Assembly (NCBI GenBank): GCA_958296135.2
Contig: CATQHZ020000001.1
Coordinates: forward strand, 1,696,001-1,760,000
Length of the DNA stretch: 64,000 nucleotides
Origin: an uncultured Poribacteria bacterium
Lineage (GTDB): Bacteria; Poribacteria; WGA-4E; WGA-3G
Direction: 5' to 3'
Below the pieces are notes generated by a model that was given only the letters and a program-made list of their open reading frames with translations, did no database searches and was not told the DNA's origin. Position 1 is the stretch's first letter. Each line of letters opens with the position of its first letter. Made by a program: the position numbers and the translations under genes. Of this stretch, positions 30,947-40,478 are shown in pieces.

Positions 30947-33256
30947 CTAAAATTTATAGATGATGCCGGTAGAAACAAGAAAAGGGAACTGCGGTATTTC
31001 TGTTAAGACATCCAACTCTTCAGCGTCAAAGTCTTCGTCAACTGAAATCGATTCCAGAATCTCATCGGAGAAAGTGAGTTTCATCACATTTCTGCGGTTG
31101 TAGACATTCAACACTTCCACAGATCCGGTGAGCGGGAGGCCCCACAATTCCCTTTTGGCAGTCATCCGCAGATCTAGTCGATGATAAATGGGTAGATTTG
31201 TCAGGAAGGAAGAGCCAATCTCCCCAGAGAAAAGCGGGTGCATGCCTCGTGTCCCCGGGTCTTGAATGAGAATCAATTCGCTCAGTGGGACGGAGGCGGT
31301 GCCGCTTGAAAATTGCCACTTCGCGCCAACCTCAACCCTCGGCGTGAGGCTGTAATTGCCGACAATGCTGACGATATGGGTGTTATCAAAGAGATAGGGT
31401 TGATAGTCGGCATTCGGATGCGCGCGTCGCTCGGCATGCGTCCACGCATAAGAGAACCAGCCGAAGAACTTCTCGCTGACCCGGTGCCGCACGAAGACCT
31501 CGGCACCGCTAATAAACCCATCTCCCCGATTGAGATAGCCTTCGGTTTCATCACGGGTTACCATATCCGCCAATGTTTTGTAATACCCCGCCAACTTGAA
31601 CTCTGTCTGCGGCGACAGCGCGTGCTCTAATTCGGCGATATAGTGGTGCGCGATACTAGACTTCAGAGAAGGATTTCCCGTTTCAGCAAACAACTGAAAC
31701 GGTTTTGGACTCTGCTCATAGCGGCCGTAAGCCAACCGAAGATCGGAACCGTTCGGCAGCGTGAACACCACACCTGCCCGCGGCTGAACGGAAAGTTCCT
31801 CTGTCAGATTGAGATAATCCAGCCGCACGCCCGCGGCTGCTGACAGAAAGGATACAGGTTCATAGCGGGCTTGTAGGTAACCTTCAGTTCGGCGGACCTG
31901 GAGGTTGAAGTCGTCGCGTGTTTCTCGCCATTCTATCTCGATATCCTCCCCGGCCTCAGAAGGTATGGCGGGAACGCTTGACACTTCAAAACTTTTCGGC
32001 GAACCGAAAGCCATGAGGAAGCCGGGTTCAAACCGAAGCGTCGGCGTTAAGTGATACGTCACATCCTCGCGGAGCGTATAGATAGGCGCGTTCACCACGA
32101 CGTTGTACCTGAAGTCTTCAGCAGTATCACTCGCCTCTTCACCTGTGGCGGCACCGAAATTGATATTGAGGAAATTGAGCGAACGCGTCAGCGACAGATG
32201 CGACGTAAGCTGCGGCGTAAACTCCGAACGGAGATGGATGCCACCCCCTTCAAACCCGTTTTTGAAATAGGCATTAAATGGAGCGACTTCCTCTTCTTGT
32301 CCTAAATCGGCGTTGGAGAAATCGAAATGATCGCTCGCGCTCAAGGCGTTCAGTGTCAGATGATGCTTGTCCGTGAGTTCATAAGCGAATTTGAACTGAT
32401 AATCCGAAACATAGGGAATCGTAAAATTGAAGAAGAGTCCGAAGATGAGATCGGGAATGGAGCGGCGCGCCGCGACATAAGCATATCCCTTCTCTCCGAT
32501 TTTCCGCTCAACGAACGCTTTGGGGTAGAAGATATTCATGTCAACCACGCCGCCCCATTTTTTAGCTGCACGTTCGCGCGAACGGATGTCCAACACCGCC
32601 TGCGAATCTACGCCAAATTCCGCACCGTAACCACCGGCGTAAATCTGAATCTCATCAATGACATCCACATTCACAGTTGAGATGAGGCCGCCGTAATGGA
32701 ACGGGTATCCGAACGGCACCCGATCGAAGTAATAAAGGGTGTCGCCCGGTGCGGCACCACGAATATAGAGGATACCGAAGACATCATTCGGAATGCCGAT
32801 ACTCGGCAGCGTCGTAAGGCCCTTAAAAGCATCGCGTCCCGTGCCGGGGAGACGGATTAACTCGCTTTTGCGAATATCCTTCCGGCTCACGGTAGGCGGC
32901 AGTCGTTCCCCTTCCACGACAATTTTCTCCAACGCGACGATTTCGCCGATGCGGATTTCCACCTGCGTCGTCTCATCCGCTTTTACCTCAAGCGTGCTTT
33001 GTTTCGGCGCGTTGAACGTCGGATGCGATACGGACACTATGTAGGTGCCCGGGGCAATGCCAGTGAACGCGAATCGTCCCTCTGCATCGGTGGTTTGGTG
33101 CTCGTCTGTCTCAAGCAGATGCACATCGGCACCGGCTAGGCGTGTTCCAGTGCTCTGATTGAAGACGGTGCCTTCTACCGTGCCGGTTTGGGAAAAGGCT
33201 GCTATTGGCCTCGCGAGAAGAAACAGCAGCCAGAAAAGACTGCTCACGTTTTTCAT
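30947..33256 (-). CDS. TonB-dependent receptor, paralog of neighbour
   Basis: Same architecture; LYIRGA..YYFDRVPFGYPFHYGG; terminal Phe. Confidence 0.92.
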   Translation of the reverse strand: MKNVSSLFWLLFLLARPIAAFSQTGTVEGTVFNQSTGTRLAGADVHLLETDEHQTTDAEGRFAFTGIAPGTYIVSVSHPTFNAPKQSTLEVKADETTQVEIRIGEIVALEKIVVEGERLPPTVSRKDIRKSELIRLPGTGRDAFKGLTTLPSIGIPNDVFGILYIRGAAPGDTLYYFDRVPFGYPFHYGGLISTVNVDVIDEIQIYAGGYGAEFGVDSQAVLDIRSRERAAKKWGGVVDMNIFYPKAFVERKIGEKGYAYVAARRSIPDLIFGLFFNFTIPYVSDYQFKFAYELTDKHHLTLNALSASDHFDFSNADLGQEEEVAPFNAYFKNGFEGGGIHLRSEFTPQLTSHLSLTRSLNFLNINFGAATGEEASDTAEDFRYNVVVNAPIYTLREDVTYHLTPTLRFEPGFLMAFGSPKSFEVSSVPAIPSEAGEDIEIEWRETRDDFNLQVRRTEGYLQARYEPVSFLSAAAGVRLDYLNLTEELSVQPRAGVVFTLPNGSDLRLAYGRYEQSPKPFQLFAETGNPSLKSSIAHHYIAELEHALSPQTEFKLAGYYKTLADMVTRDETEGYLNRGDGFISGAEVFVRHRVSEKFFGWFSYAWTHAERRAHPNADYQPYLFDNTHIVSIVGNYSLTPRVEVGAKWQFSSGTASVPLSELILIQDPGTRGMHPLFSGEIGSSFLTNLPIYHRLDLRMTAKRELWGLPLTGSVEVLNVYNRRNVMKLTFSDEILESISVDEDFDAEELDVLTEIPQFPFLVSTGIIYKF

Positions 33257-33509
33257 TTTTTGTTCCTAGCGATTGTTCGGCTGCACCCGTGCAGTAGACG
33301 TTAACTTATTAGGCAGTCGAGACGATGTCTTGATTTACATTGATATTGCGAGGGACAGGTTTTCCCTCACCCTACGGGCCACAGCGAGTCTTCTGGCAAT
33401 GAAGTCAACATCGCGTTTAACGTCATGTTAGGATTTTCAGTTGACCTGAATGTGCAACGAACAACTAGAGAAGTCTGTCCTGATGGGCTGGGATTGGTAA
33501 GGTAGGCAA

Positions 33510-34346
33510 TCATCGCGCCAGCAAATTTGCCAACGCCGCAAATTCAGCAATGTCCAATGTCTCCGCGCGCCGCTGGGGGGATATATCGAGTGCTTCAAAC
33601 GCTGAAGTTAACGCGTCGGATGCCGCAAACTTACCGCTCGCCAAGGCATTTTTCAACATCTTCCGCCGCATCCGAAACGCTGTTCGGACTATATGAAAGA
33701 AAAATTCTTCATCGTCCACCGCGACCGGGGGTGCATCGCGCATCGTTAATTTGAGGAGTGCCGATTCCACTTTGGGGGGAGGGTAAAAGTTATCCGGGGA
33801 CAGCATCGCAATCAACGCTGCCTCGGCATAGTAAGAGATACCGATTGTCAAGGCACCGTAATCTTTTCCGCCGGGTGAGGCGACCATTCGTTCCGCTACT
33901 TCCTTCTGCATCATCAGCACGCAGCTGTCGATTTGCTCGTGGTGCGCTAAGAATTTCCACAAGATAGGGGTTGTGATGTGATAGGGCAAGTTAGCGATAA
34001 CCTTGGGGCGCGTGGCTGGTTTCAACAACGCATCAAAGTCCAATTTGAGGATATCGGCGTGGATAAGCCGGATATGTGAGTTTGCTGAAAACTGTGCTTC
34101 CAACGCCGCGTACAACAGCGCGTCCACTTCAACGGCGATTACCTGTTTTGCGCGCGCTGCCAAGGCGGCGGTGAGGCAGCCCAACCCTGCACCGATTTCT
34201 ATCACGGTGTCCGTATCGGCCACCTCTCCTGCCTCAAGAATGAGCGCGAGAACGTCTGGATTCGTGAGGAAGTGTTGCCCCAACCGCTTTTTGGGCCGGG
34301 TACCATTAATCGCGAAGAAGTCGCGCACTTGTTGGTGGAGCGTCAT
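33510..34346 (-). CDS. rsmA: 16S rRNA adenine dimethyltransferase
   Basis: KKRLGQHFL, EIGAGLG, ANLPYHIT, QKEVAER, RRKML, RRAETL. Confidence 0.96.
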   Translation of the reverse strand: MTLHQQVRDFFAINGTRPKKRLGQHFLTNPDVLALILEAGEVADTDTVIEIGAGLGCLTAALAARAKQVIAVEVDALLYAALEAQFSANSHIRLIHADILKLDFDALLKPATRPKVIANLPYHITTPILWKFLAHHEQIDSCVLMMQKEVAERMVASPGGKDYGALTIGISYYAEAALIAMLSPDNFYPPPKVESALLKLTMRDAPPVAVDDEEFFFHIVRTAFRMRRKMLKNALASGKFAASDALTSAFEALDISPQRRAETLDIAEFAALANLLAR

Positions 34347-34420
34347 GATTTTTTTGACCTGCGCGAAGTGTGTAATTGGGGTAGGCGCGCTTTCAAAGCG
34401 CGCCTATAGGACTTTCCCGA

Positions 34421-35755
34421 TTAATAGATTGCCAAGTAGTTGTCGGTCTCCCACTGGCTGACACTCCGATTGTAACTATTCCACTCTGCGCGCTTGACTT
34501 CGATGTAGTAATCGGCATAATCAACGCCGAGCGCGTTTTTGATGACTTCATCCTTTTCAAGATGATCGATTGCGTCGCTGAGCGTCGTCGGCAGAAAACC
34601 GATGTTCCGCCGCTTCAGTTCATCTTCCGGGACCTCGTAAAGGTTGTCCACATTTCGTTTCCCGGGGTCGATCTGGTTTTCGATGCCATCCAATCCGGCG
34701 GCGAGAAGAACCGTCATCGTCAGATAAGGGTTCGCTGCACCGTCGCCTAAGCGGTTCTCGATGCGTCCCGGCGCGGGAATGCGAATCATCTGCGTCCGGT
34801 TGTTCGCGCCGTAGGTGACGTAGACGGGTGCCCACGATGCGCCAGACCGCGGCGCGCCACGGACGAGGCGTTTGTAACTGTTAACCAGCGGATTCGCGAC
34901 CGCCGTAATTGCCTTGGCATGTTTCAGAATCCCGCCGGTGAACCAATAGGCGAGTTGCGTCAAACCGCACGCATCGTTCTCATCAAGGAACAAGTTCGTC
35001 TGATCGTTTTCATCCCAGAGGCTCATGTGGAAGTGCGCGCCGTTGCCGGTCAGATTGGTGAACGGCTTCGGCATAAACGTTGCCAACCAGCCGCGTTCTT
35101 CCGCAACCGTTTTGACCATCCATTTGAAAAAGGTGTGCCGGTCCGCCGTCGTGAGCGCGTCGGCGTATGTCCAATTCGTCTCGTATTGGCACGTTGCATC
35201 CTCGTGGTCATTCGCGTAAGGCTCCCACCCTAATTCTTGCATGTATTTGATCAAGGTGGTCATCATGTCAAGATTGCGGTGCAATGCGCGCAGGTCATAG
35301 CACGGTTTATCCAGCGTATCCAGCGTGTCCCATGGGGCGTATTGCCCGTCTTCGTTCTGCTTCAACAGAATGAATTCCGCCTCAACGCCGACGTTAAAGA
35401 CGTAACCTTGCGCCTTCGCTTTCTCTAATTGCCTGCGCAGAATGGTGCGCGGACAGCAATACCACGATTCACCCTCGACATACATGTCGCCTGCTACCCA
35501 GGCGAGGTTTTTGCGCCACGGCACGACGGTGAGGGAATTCAGGTCGGGGATGCACGCCATCTCCGGGTCGTGCGGCCATTGCCCGATTTCGCCGGCGGCA
35601 AACCCGCCGAACCCTGCGCCCTCTTCAGCCATATCGTTGAGGTGCGTTGAGGGGATGACTTTCGCCTTCGGCGCGCCGCTCATCTCTACGAAAGAGCAGA
35701 GGAAAAATTCGATGCCCTTCTCTTCAACCAAAGATTGGACATGGTTTCGTATCAT
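34421..35755 (-). CDS. GlnT-type glutamine synthetase / possible gamma-glutamylmethylamide synthetase
   Basis: PKAKVIP, GAGFGGFA, YANDHEDA, TFMPKPF, GNGAHFH, NNRTQMIRIP; substrate not determinable from sequence by eye. Confidence 0.85.
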   Translation of the reverse strand: MIRNHVQSLVEEKGIEFFLCSFVEMSGAPKAKVIPSTHLNDMAEEGAGFGGFAAGEIGQWPHDPEMACIPDLNSLTVVPWRKNLAWVAGDMYVEGESWYCCPRTILRRQLEKAKAQGYVFNVGVEAEFILLKQNEDGQYAPWDTLDTLDKPCYDLRALHRNLDMMTTLIKYMQELGWEPYANDHEDATCQYETNWTYADALTTADRHTFFKWMVKTVAEERGWLATFMPKPFTNLTGNGAHFHMSLWDENDQTNLFLDENDACGLTQLAYWFTGGILKHAKAITAVANPLVNSYKRLVRGAPRSGASWAPVYVTYGANNRTQMIRIPAPGRIENRLGDGAANPYLTMTVLLAAGLDGIENQIDPGKRNVDNLYEVPEDELKRRNIGFLPTTLSDAIDHLEKDEVIKNALGVDYADYYIEVKRAEWNSYNRSVSQWETDNYLAIY

Positions 35756-35832
35756 AAAATGAGTCTCCGTGTTTTTATGGGTGCGCAGTCGCAAACCGCG
35801 CCTACCGAGTTTTCTGGTGAGGCCATGGGATG

Positions 35833-35906
35833 GCGAGTGCCAGTGGACATCTCTACAGCGAGGCTGCAGAGATGCCAGCGTTTCAGTGTAACGCCCCTCG
35901 GCTTAC
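35833..35906 (-). repeat. Extended REP with nested hairpin (copy 3 of 5, degenerate)
   Basis: CAGTGGACATCTCTACAGCGAGGCTGCAGAGATG. Confidence 0.75.
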
Positions 35907-35919
35907 AGGCCGCGAGAGA

Positions 35920-37194
35920 TTATTTAGTGTTTCTCATGGAAACAATTCGCGTCAAAATCGCATCTGCTACGTCGCGTTTGGAGAGGCGCGGGAGCTCCTC
36001 GCATTTCCCACCCCGGTCTAATAAGGTGACAATGTTGGTATCCGATTCAAACCCGGCACCCTCGGCGAGAACATCGTTTGCAACGATAAGATCGCAGTTT
36101 TTGCGGACTAATTTCTTTTTGGCATTGTCAAGCAGATTCTCCGTTTCAGCGGCGAAGCAGACGAGAAATTGCTCGGTTTTACGTTCACCGAGGGTCTGCG
36201 CGATATCCGGATTCCTTTCAAATGCGAGCGTCAACGGCCCGTCCATCTTCTTTAACTTCTGCGGTGTCCGTTGAGTTGGACGATAATCGGCAGGGGCTGC
36301 CGCCATGACGACGACATCTGTCTCATCAAAAGCGCGCAAGACTGCCTCATGCATCTCAAGCGTTGTCTCTACACACCGGGTCGCGATACCTCTCGGTGCC
36401 GACAGGGTGGTGTGCCCACAGATGAGTAGCACGTCTGCCCCGCGGTCTCTCGCCGCTGCCGCGATGGCGCATCCCATCTTTCCGCTAGCGCGGTTGGTAA
36501 TAAAGCGGACCGGGTCGATGTATTCGCGTGTCGCTCCCGCTGTCACGAGAATTCGTGTGCCTTGCAAGTCATCGTGGCGAGGGACAGGTGCTCGCCCTAC
36601 GGGCAGCGGGAAGTCTTCGGCCGTTTCGGTAGGCGCGCTTTGTACGCGCGCCGCAAGCACCTCGGCGGCGTGTTGGAGAATTACATCTACCGTATTTAGC
36701 CGGCCAACGCCTTCATAGCCGCACGCTAAATCGCCGCTGGCAGGTTCAATGAAGTGGACTCCGTGCGCTTTCAGCGTCTCCATATTCCGTTGCACTATCG
36801 GATTGTGATACATGTGTCCGTTCATCGCCGGTGCGAGGAGGATTGGACAATGCACGGAAACAGCAACGGTAGAGAGCGCGTCATCGGCGATACCGTTGGC
36901 CATCTTCCCGATGATGTTGGCAGTCGCTGGCACAATCATGAGCAACGCAGCGCGGTCGGCGAGCTCGATGTGGGGCGGCTTCCAGTCGGTACCTGCGGCA
37001 AACAGGTCCAACAACACCGGATTTCGTGAGATAACTTGGAATTGCAGCGGCTGCACGAGGCGCGTGGCGTTGGCTGTCATCACGGTATGCACATCGGCAC
37101 CACGCTTGACGAGTTGACTCGCCAGATCTAGCGATTTGTGGATGGCGATGCCGCCGGTAACGCCTAAGATGATAGTCGGATCTCTGAGTTCCAT
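35920..37194 (-). CDS. coaBC: Phosphopantothenoylcysteine decarboxylase/ligase
   Basis: GVTGGIA, PATAN, APAMN, LACG..G.GR, DPVRFITNRASGKMG, FAAET. Confidence 0.96.
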   Translation of the reverse strand: MELRDPTIILGVTGGIAIHKSLDLASQLVKRGADVHTVMTANATRLVQPLQFQVISRNPVLLDLFAAGTDWKPPHIELADRAALLMIVPATANIIGKMANGIADDALSTVAVSVHCPILLAPAMNGHMYHNPIVQRNMETLKAHGVHFIEPASGDLACGYEGVGRLNTVDVILQHAAEVLAARVQSAPTETAEDFPLPVGRAPVPRHDDLQGTRILVTAGATREYIDPVRFITNRASGKMGCAIAAAARDRGADVLLICGHTTLSAPRGIATRCVETTLEMHEAVLRAFDETDVVVMAAAPADYRPTQRTPQKLKKMDGPLTLAFERNPDIAQTLGERKTEQFLVCFAAETENLLDNAKKKLVRKNCDLIVANDVLAEGAGFESDTNIVTLLDRGGKCEELPRLSKRDVADAILTRIVSMRNTK

Positions 37195-37289
37195 TTTATG
37201 AGTAGGACTTACAATCTCACGTTTTGACAAAGTTTCCGAATAGGAATAGGATTTGCATTGCGCCAGCCGAAGTAAAACATTGAATTGCA

Positions 37290-37365
37290 TGGCGCGGGAC
37301 AGTGGACATATCTGCAGCGAGGCTGCAGATATGACAAAGTTTCGGCGTGACGCCCCTCGCCCTAC
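37290..37365 (-). repeat. Extended REP with nested hairpin (copy 4 of 5)
   Basis: CATATCTGCAGC-GAG-GCTGCAGATATG. Confidence 0.85.
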
Positions 37366-37391
37366 GGGACGCGGGATGACGTTGTGAAGAT

Positions 37392-38063
37392 TTACCTCTC
37401 TTGTTGATTCTGGTTACGTTTGATGCTGAACCGTTGGTTAATCATTTCCGTTAAACCTGCATCAATTCGGCACCGTTCTGCTGCAATAATCGCCTGAGTT
37501 TGGGCCACAGCCTGTTGTAGCCCGCCATCGTGGTTGATGACGCAGTAGTCGTAGTGCGAGAGTTGGGAGATTTCGGATGTCGCTATAGTCAGACGCTGCG
37601 TCAGTTCTGCCTCCGATTCTGTTTTCCTGCCGCGGAGCCGTTCGTCCAAATTAGCAAATGCCGAAGGGACAATGAAGATGAGTAGGATTCGGGCAGTATC
37701 GGGCCCTATCTGCTTGCGGACTTGTAGAGCTCCTTGAACTTCAATCTCCAAAACAGCGTCTTTCCCCTCAGTTTGTGCCGCCACGATTTCAGAGTTAAGC
37801 GTGCCGTAAAAATTGCCGCCATATGCTGCCCATTCGAGGAACCCATCCTGTTGAATCTGGTTCTTAAATTCTGCCTTTGACAGAAAGTGATAATCCACGC
37901 CATCTACTTCGCGTGGGCGCGGCGCGCGCGTCGTTGCGGAAACAGCGAGTCTTAACGTCTCGTCGGCCTGGCAAAGCGCTTTGACGACGGTGCTTTTTCC
38001 CGAGCCAGACGGGCCTGAGATGACGACGACTAAATTGGGGTTATAGAAATCCGTACGTGCCAC
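37392..38063 (-). CDS. gmk: Guanylate kinase
   Basis: SGPSGSGKST, SATTRAPRPREVDGVDYHF, YGT, EIEVQGA. Confidence 0.96.
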   Translation of the reverse strand: MARTDFYNPNLVVVISGPSGSGKSTVVKALCQADETLRLAVSATTRAPRPREVDGVDYHFLSKAEFKNQIQQDGFLEWAAYGGNFYGTLNSEIVAAQTEGKDAVLEIEVQGALQVRKQIGPDTARILLIFIVPSAFANLDERLRGRKTESEAELTQRLTIATSEISQLSHYDYCVINHDGGLQQAVAQTQAIIAAERCRIDAGLTEMINQRFSIKRNQNQQER

Positions 38064-38186
38064 GACATTTTTCCTGAACGGGTCCCGCCGCCGTTAGCGA
38101 TTTTCCGGGTGGAAACTGAGGCGATACGAGGGCAGTCCCTTGTCCTACGGTAAATAGGAGAGAACTCCTGATTACACCGCGCGTCC

Positions 38187-38645
38187 TTAGCCTGCAGCAT
38201 CCTCAAGTTCCAGCAGCACCGGGGATTCAATGCGGATAGCGTCTTTGATGCAGACTTCCTCGCAGAGTTTGCATCCGACGCAATCCTTCGGTTTGACGAG
38301 TTCGCAAATTCCGAAGAAACTTTCGGCATGCTCGCCAGTCTCGGGGTCTTTCAGTTCAAGACATTCCCACGGGCAGATATGGACGCAGAAATCGCACCCG
38401 GAGCAGAGTTCTTCGTAGATAACAGCGATCGGACGGTGCGTCGGGCGGCGGATGAATTTGCACACTTCGCCGAACTGGTCGCGGATTGCCTCGACCGGAC
38501 AAACCATCCCGCACGCGCTGCAATCAATACAAATGTTCGGATCGATGATGTGCAACATATTCCGGTCGCCGGTAATCGCGTCAACCGGACAATTGGTAAG
38601 GCACGCCATGCACCCGATACATTCATCAGTGATATAGTAGGCCAT
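38187..38645 (-). CDS. Polyferredoxin (four 4Fe-4S motifs)
   Basis: Four CxxCxxCxxxC motifs. Confidence 0.92.
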   Translation of the reverse strand: MAYYITDECIGCMACLTNCPVDAITGDRNMLHIIDPNICIDCSACGMVCPVEAIRDQFGEVCKFIRRPTHRPIAVIYEELCSGCDFCVHICPWECLELKDPETGEHAESFFGICELVKPKDCVGCKLCEEVCIKDAIRIESPVLLELEDAAG

Positions 38646-38728
38646 CAGTTGTTTACCTCCGATTTTATTTTACCACAAGGTCTGTGGATTTTCAAGGTAT
38701 TTTTTACTCCGCCGAACGTATTGGTAAA

Positions 38729-38757
38729 ATTATACCATCCCAAAGATTTAATGTCAA
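38729..38757 (-). promoter_or_regulatory. Consensus sigma70 promoter upstream of ferredoxin-gmk
   Basis: TTGACA-17 nt-TATAAT. Confidence 0.8.
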
Positions 38758-38872
38758 GGAAAAATTAAAATTGGCATTTTCCTAGCGAATCTGCTATAAT
38801 AAAAGATACCCAAATCCGGCAGCGGGGGACATCAAATCCCGCCGCGGAAAATCGTAGAAAAAGAGGCTCATA

Positions 38873-39643
38873 ATGAATTTAGGACTCAAGGATAAAGTTG
38901 TGATCGTAACGGGTGCAAGCCGCGGCATTGGACGCGCCATCGCGCACGGCTTCGCTGACGAGGGGGCACGGCTCAGCATCTGCGGCAGAACCCCCGAAAC
39001 ACTACAGAATGTAACGAATGAACTCATCGCGAAAGGCGCGGAAGTCTTCGCGAAACCGACAGATGTGACAGACACCGAACAAGTCAACGCCTTTATGGCG
39101 GTAACAGTCGAAAAATACGGCAGGATTGATGTCGTCGTTAACAACGTCGGCGGTAGCAGGAAGACCTCTTTGGCAGAGATTTCGGCTACCGAGTGGCATG
39201 AAGTGCTCGATCTGAATCTCGTCTCGGCTGCGCGGATTAACCAACAGGCTATCCCGACGATGCAGAAACAGGGGGGCGGTGTCATCTTGATGATAGCCTC
39301 TATTTACGGCAGAGAAGGCGGCGGCCATATCACCTATAACGCCGCGAAAGCCGCCGAGATTAGCATGGCGAAATCTCTCGCGAAGGAACTCGCCCCGGAT
39401 AATATCCGCGTGAACAGTATTGCGCCCGGGTCGATTCTATTCCCCGGCGGCGGTTGGGCACGCCGTATGGAGGCAGACCCGGGTGCGATGGCCGCTTTCG
39501 TTAAAAGTGATATGCCGCTCGGCCGTTTTGGGAAACCGGAGGAGATTGCGGACGTAGTCGTCTTCCTTGCTTCGGCACGCGCGAGTCTTGTTACAGGTGC
39601 TTGTATTAACGTGGACGGGTGTCAGTCGCATTCAAATATCTGA
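38873..39643 (+). CDS. Short-chain dehydrogenase/reductase
   Basis: TGASRGIG, NNVG, YNAAK, VNSIAPG, VDG. Confidence 0.93.
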   Translation: MNLGLKDKVVIVTGASRGIGRAIAHGFADEGARLSICGRTPETLQNVTNELIAKGAEVFAKPTDVTDTEQVNAFMAVTVEKYGRIDVVVNNVGGSRKTSLAEISATEWHEVLDLNLVSAARINQQAIPTMQKQGGGVILMIASIYGREGGGHITYNAAKAAEISMAKSLAKELAPDNIRVNSIAPGSILFPGGGWARRMEADPGAMAAFVKSDMPLGRFGKPEEIADVVVFLASARASLVTGACINVDGCQSHSNI

Positions 39644-39818
39644 CATTTGGGTCAATCATCCGAAACCTCTTTTTGTAGGAGCGAGCTCCAAACGACACCG
39701 CAACCAGGAGGTTGCTCCTATAAGGGAGAACGGATAGCACCGGCGTAAGAAAAAAAGTTGCATTTTCCGGTTCACATAGTGTATAATAGTCTTAACTTAA
39801 ACTGGGAGGTATTAACTG

Positions 39819-40202
39819 ATGGATATGAACGAACAGATCCTCCAAAAACTCCTAGAGATGGAGGAAGCACAGAAGGCGCGAGACGCTGCGGAGAAGGCGC
39901 GAGACGCTGATTTGGATGCTAGGTTAACAGCCCTAGAATCCGAGGTGAAGGAAATCCGCAAAGAGCAGGTCATCCAGGGCGTGAACCAAGCGAAACTGGA
40001 AGGCAAGTTGGAGACAGCGGAGACGAAACTAGGCGGCAACTTGGAGCGGTTGGAGATGAAAGTCGATAACTTCCTTTCCAACATGCGCGAGAGGAAGGCT
40101 GACAGCGGCGAACGGTGGAAAGTCGGTGGCATCATCGCCTCTGGCAGCATTGCGATAGCTTCGTTGATTTTGGCACTCTTGTCGTATTTCAACGGAAATT
40201 AG
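39819..40202 (+). CDS. Small coiled-coil protein with C-terminal membrane anchor
   Basis: Promoter TTGCAT-18-TATAAT, RBS GGAGG, heptad pattern, C-terminal hydrophobic helix. Confidence 0.8.
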   Translation: MDMNEQILQKLLEMEEAQKARDAAEKARDADLDARLTALESEVKEIRKEQVIQGVNQAKLEGKLETAETKLGGNLERLEMKVDNFLSNMRERKADSGERWKVGGIIASGSIAIASLILALLSYFNGN

Positions 40203-40478
40203 GGGCTCTTAAAAAACGCCACGCGCGAAACAAGCATGGCGAGGGGAACCCTCGGCGATTAGCGATCGCCGGGCCCTCGCCATGTGCTCACATTGGAAGC
40301 GGGTACCTCCTCGCCACCGAAGATTCGTTTCCACCACGGATGCTTCTCGGGTTTCACGTTAACTTTGGAAGACATACCTTATAAGGTGCTGCTTCCGATA
40401 TCATTTCCGCGAGTTCACTGAGATTCGCATATTCTGCGAATATCCTGTCTCTGAATCCATGAAATTGGCCCGGACAAT

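Noticed and set aside
33257-33509. Cobalamin or other riboswitch upstream of the TonB-dependent receptors
   Set aside because: No B12-box or other aptamer consensus recognised; only a REP remnant.
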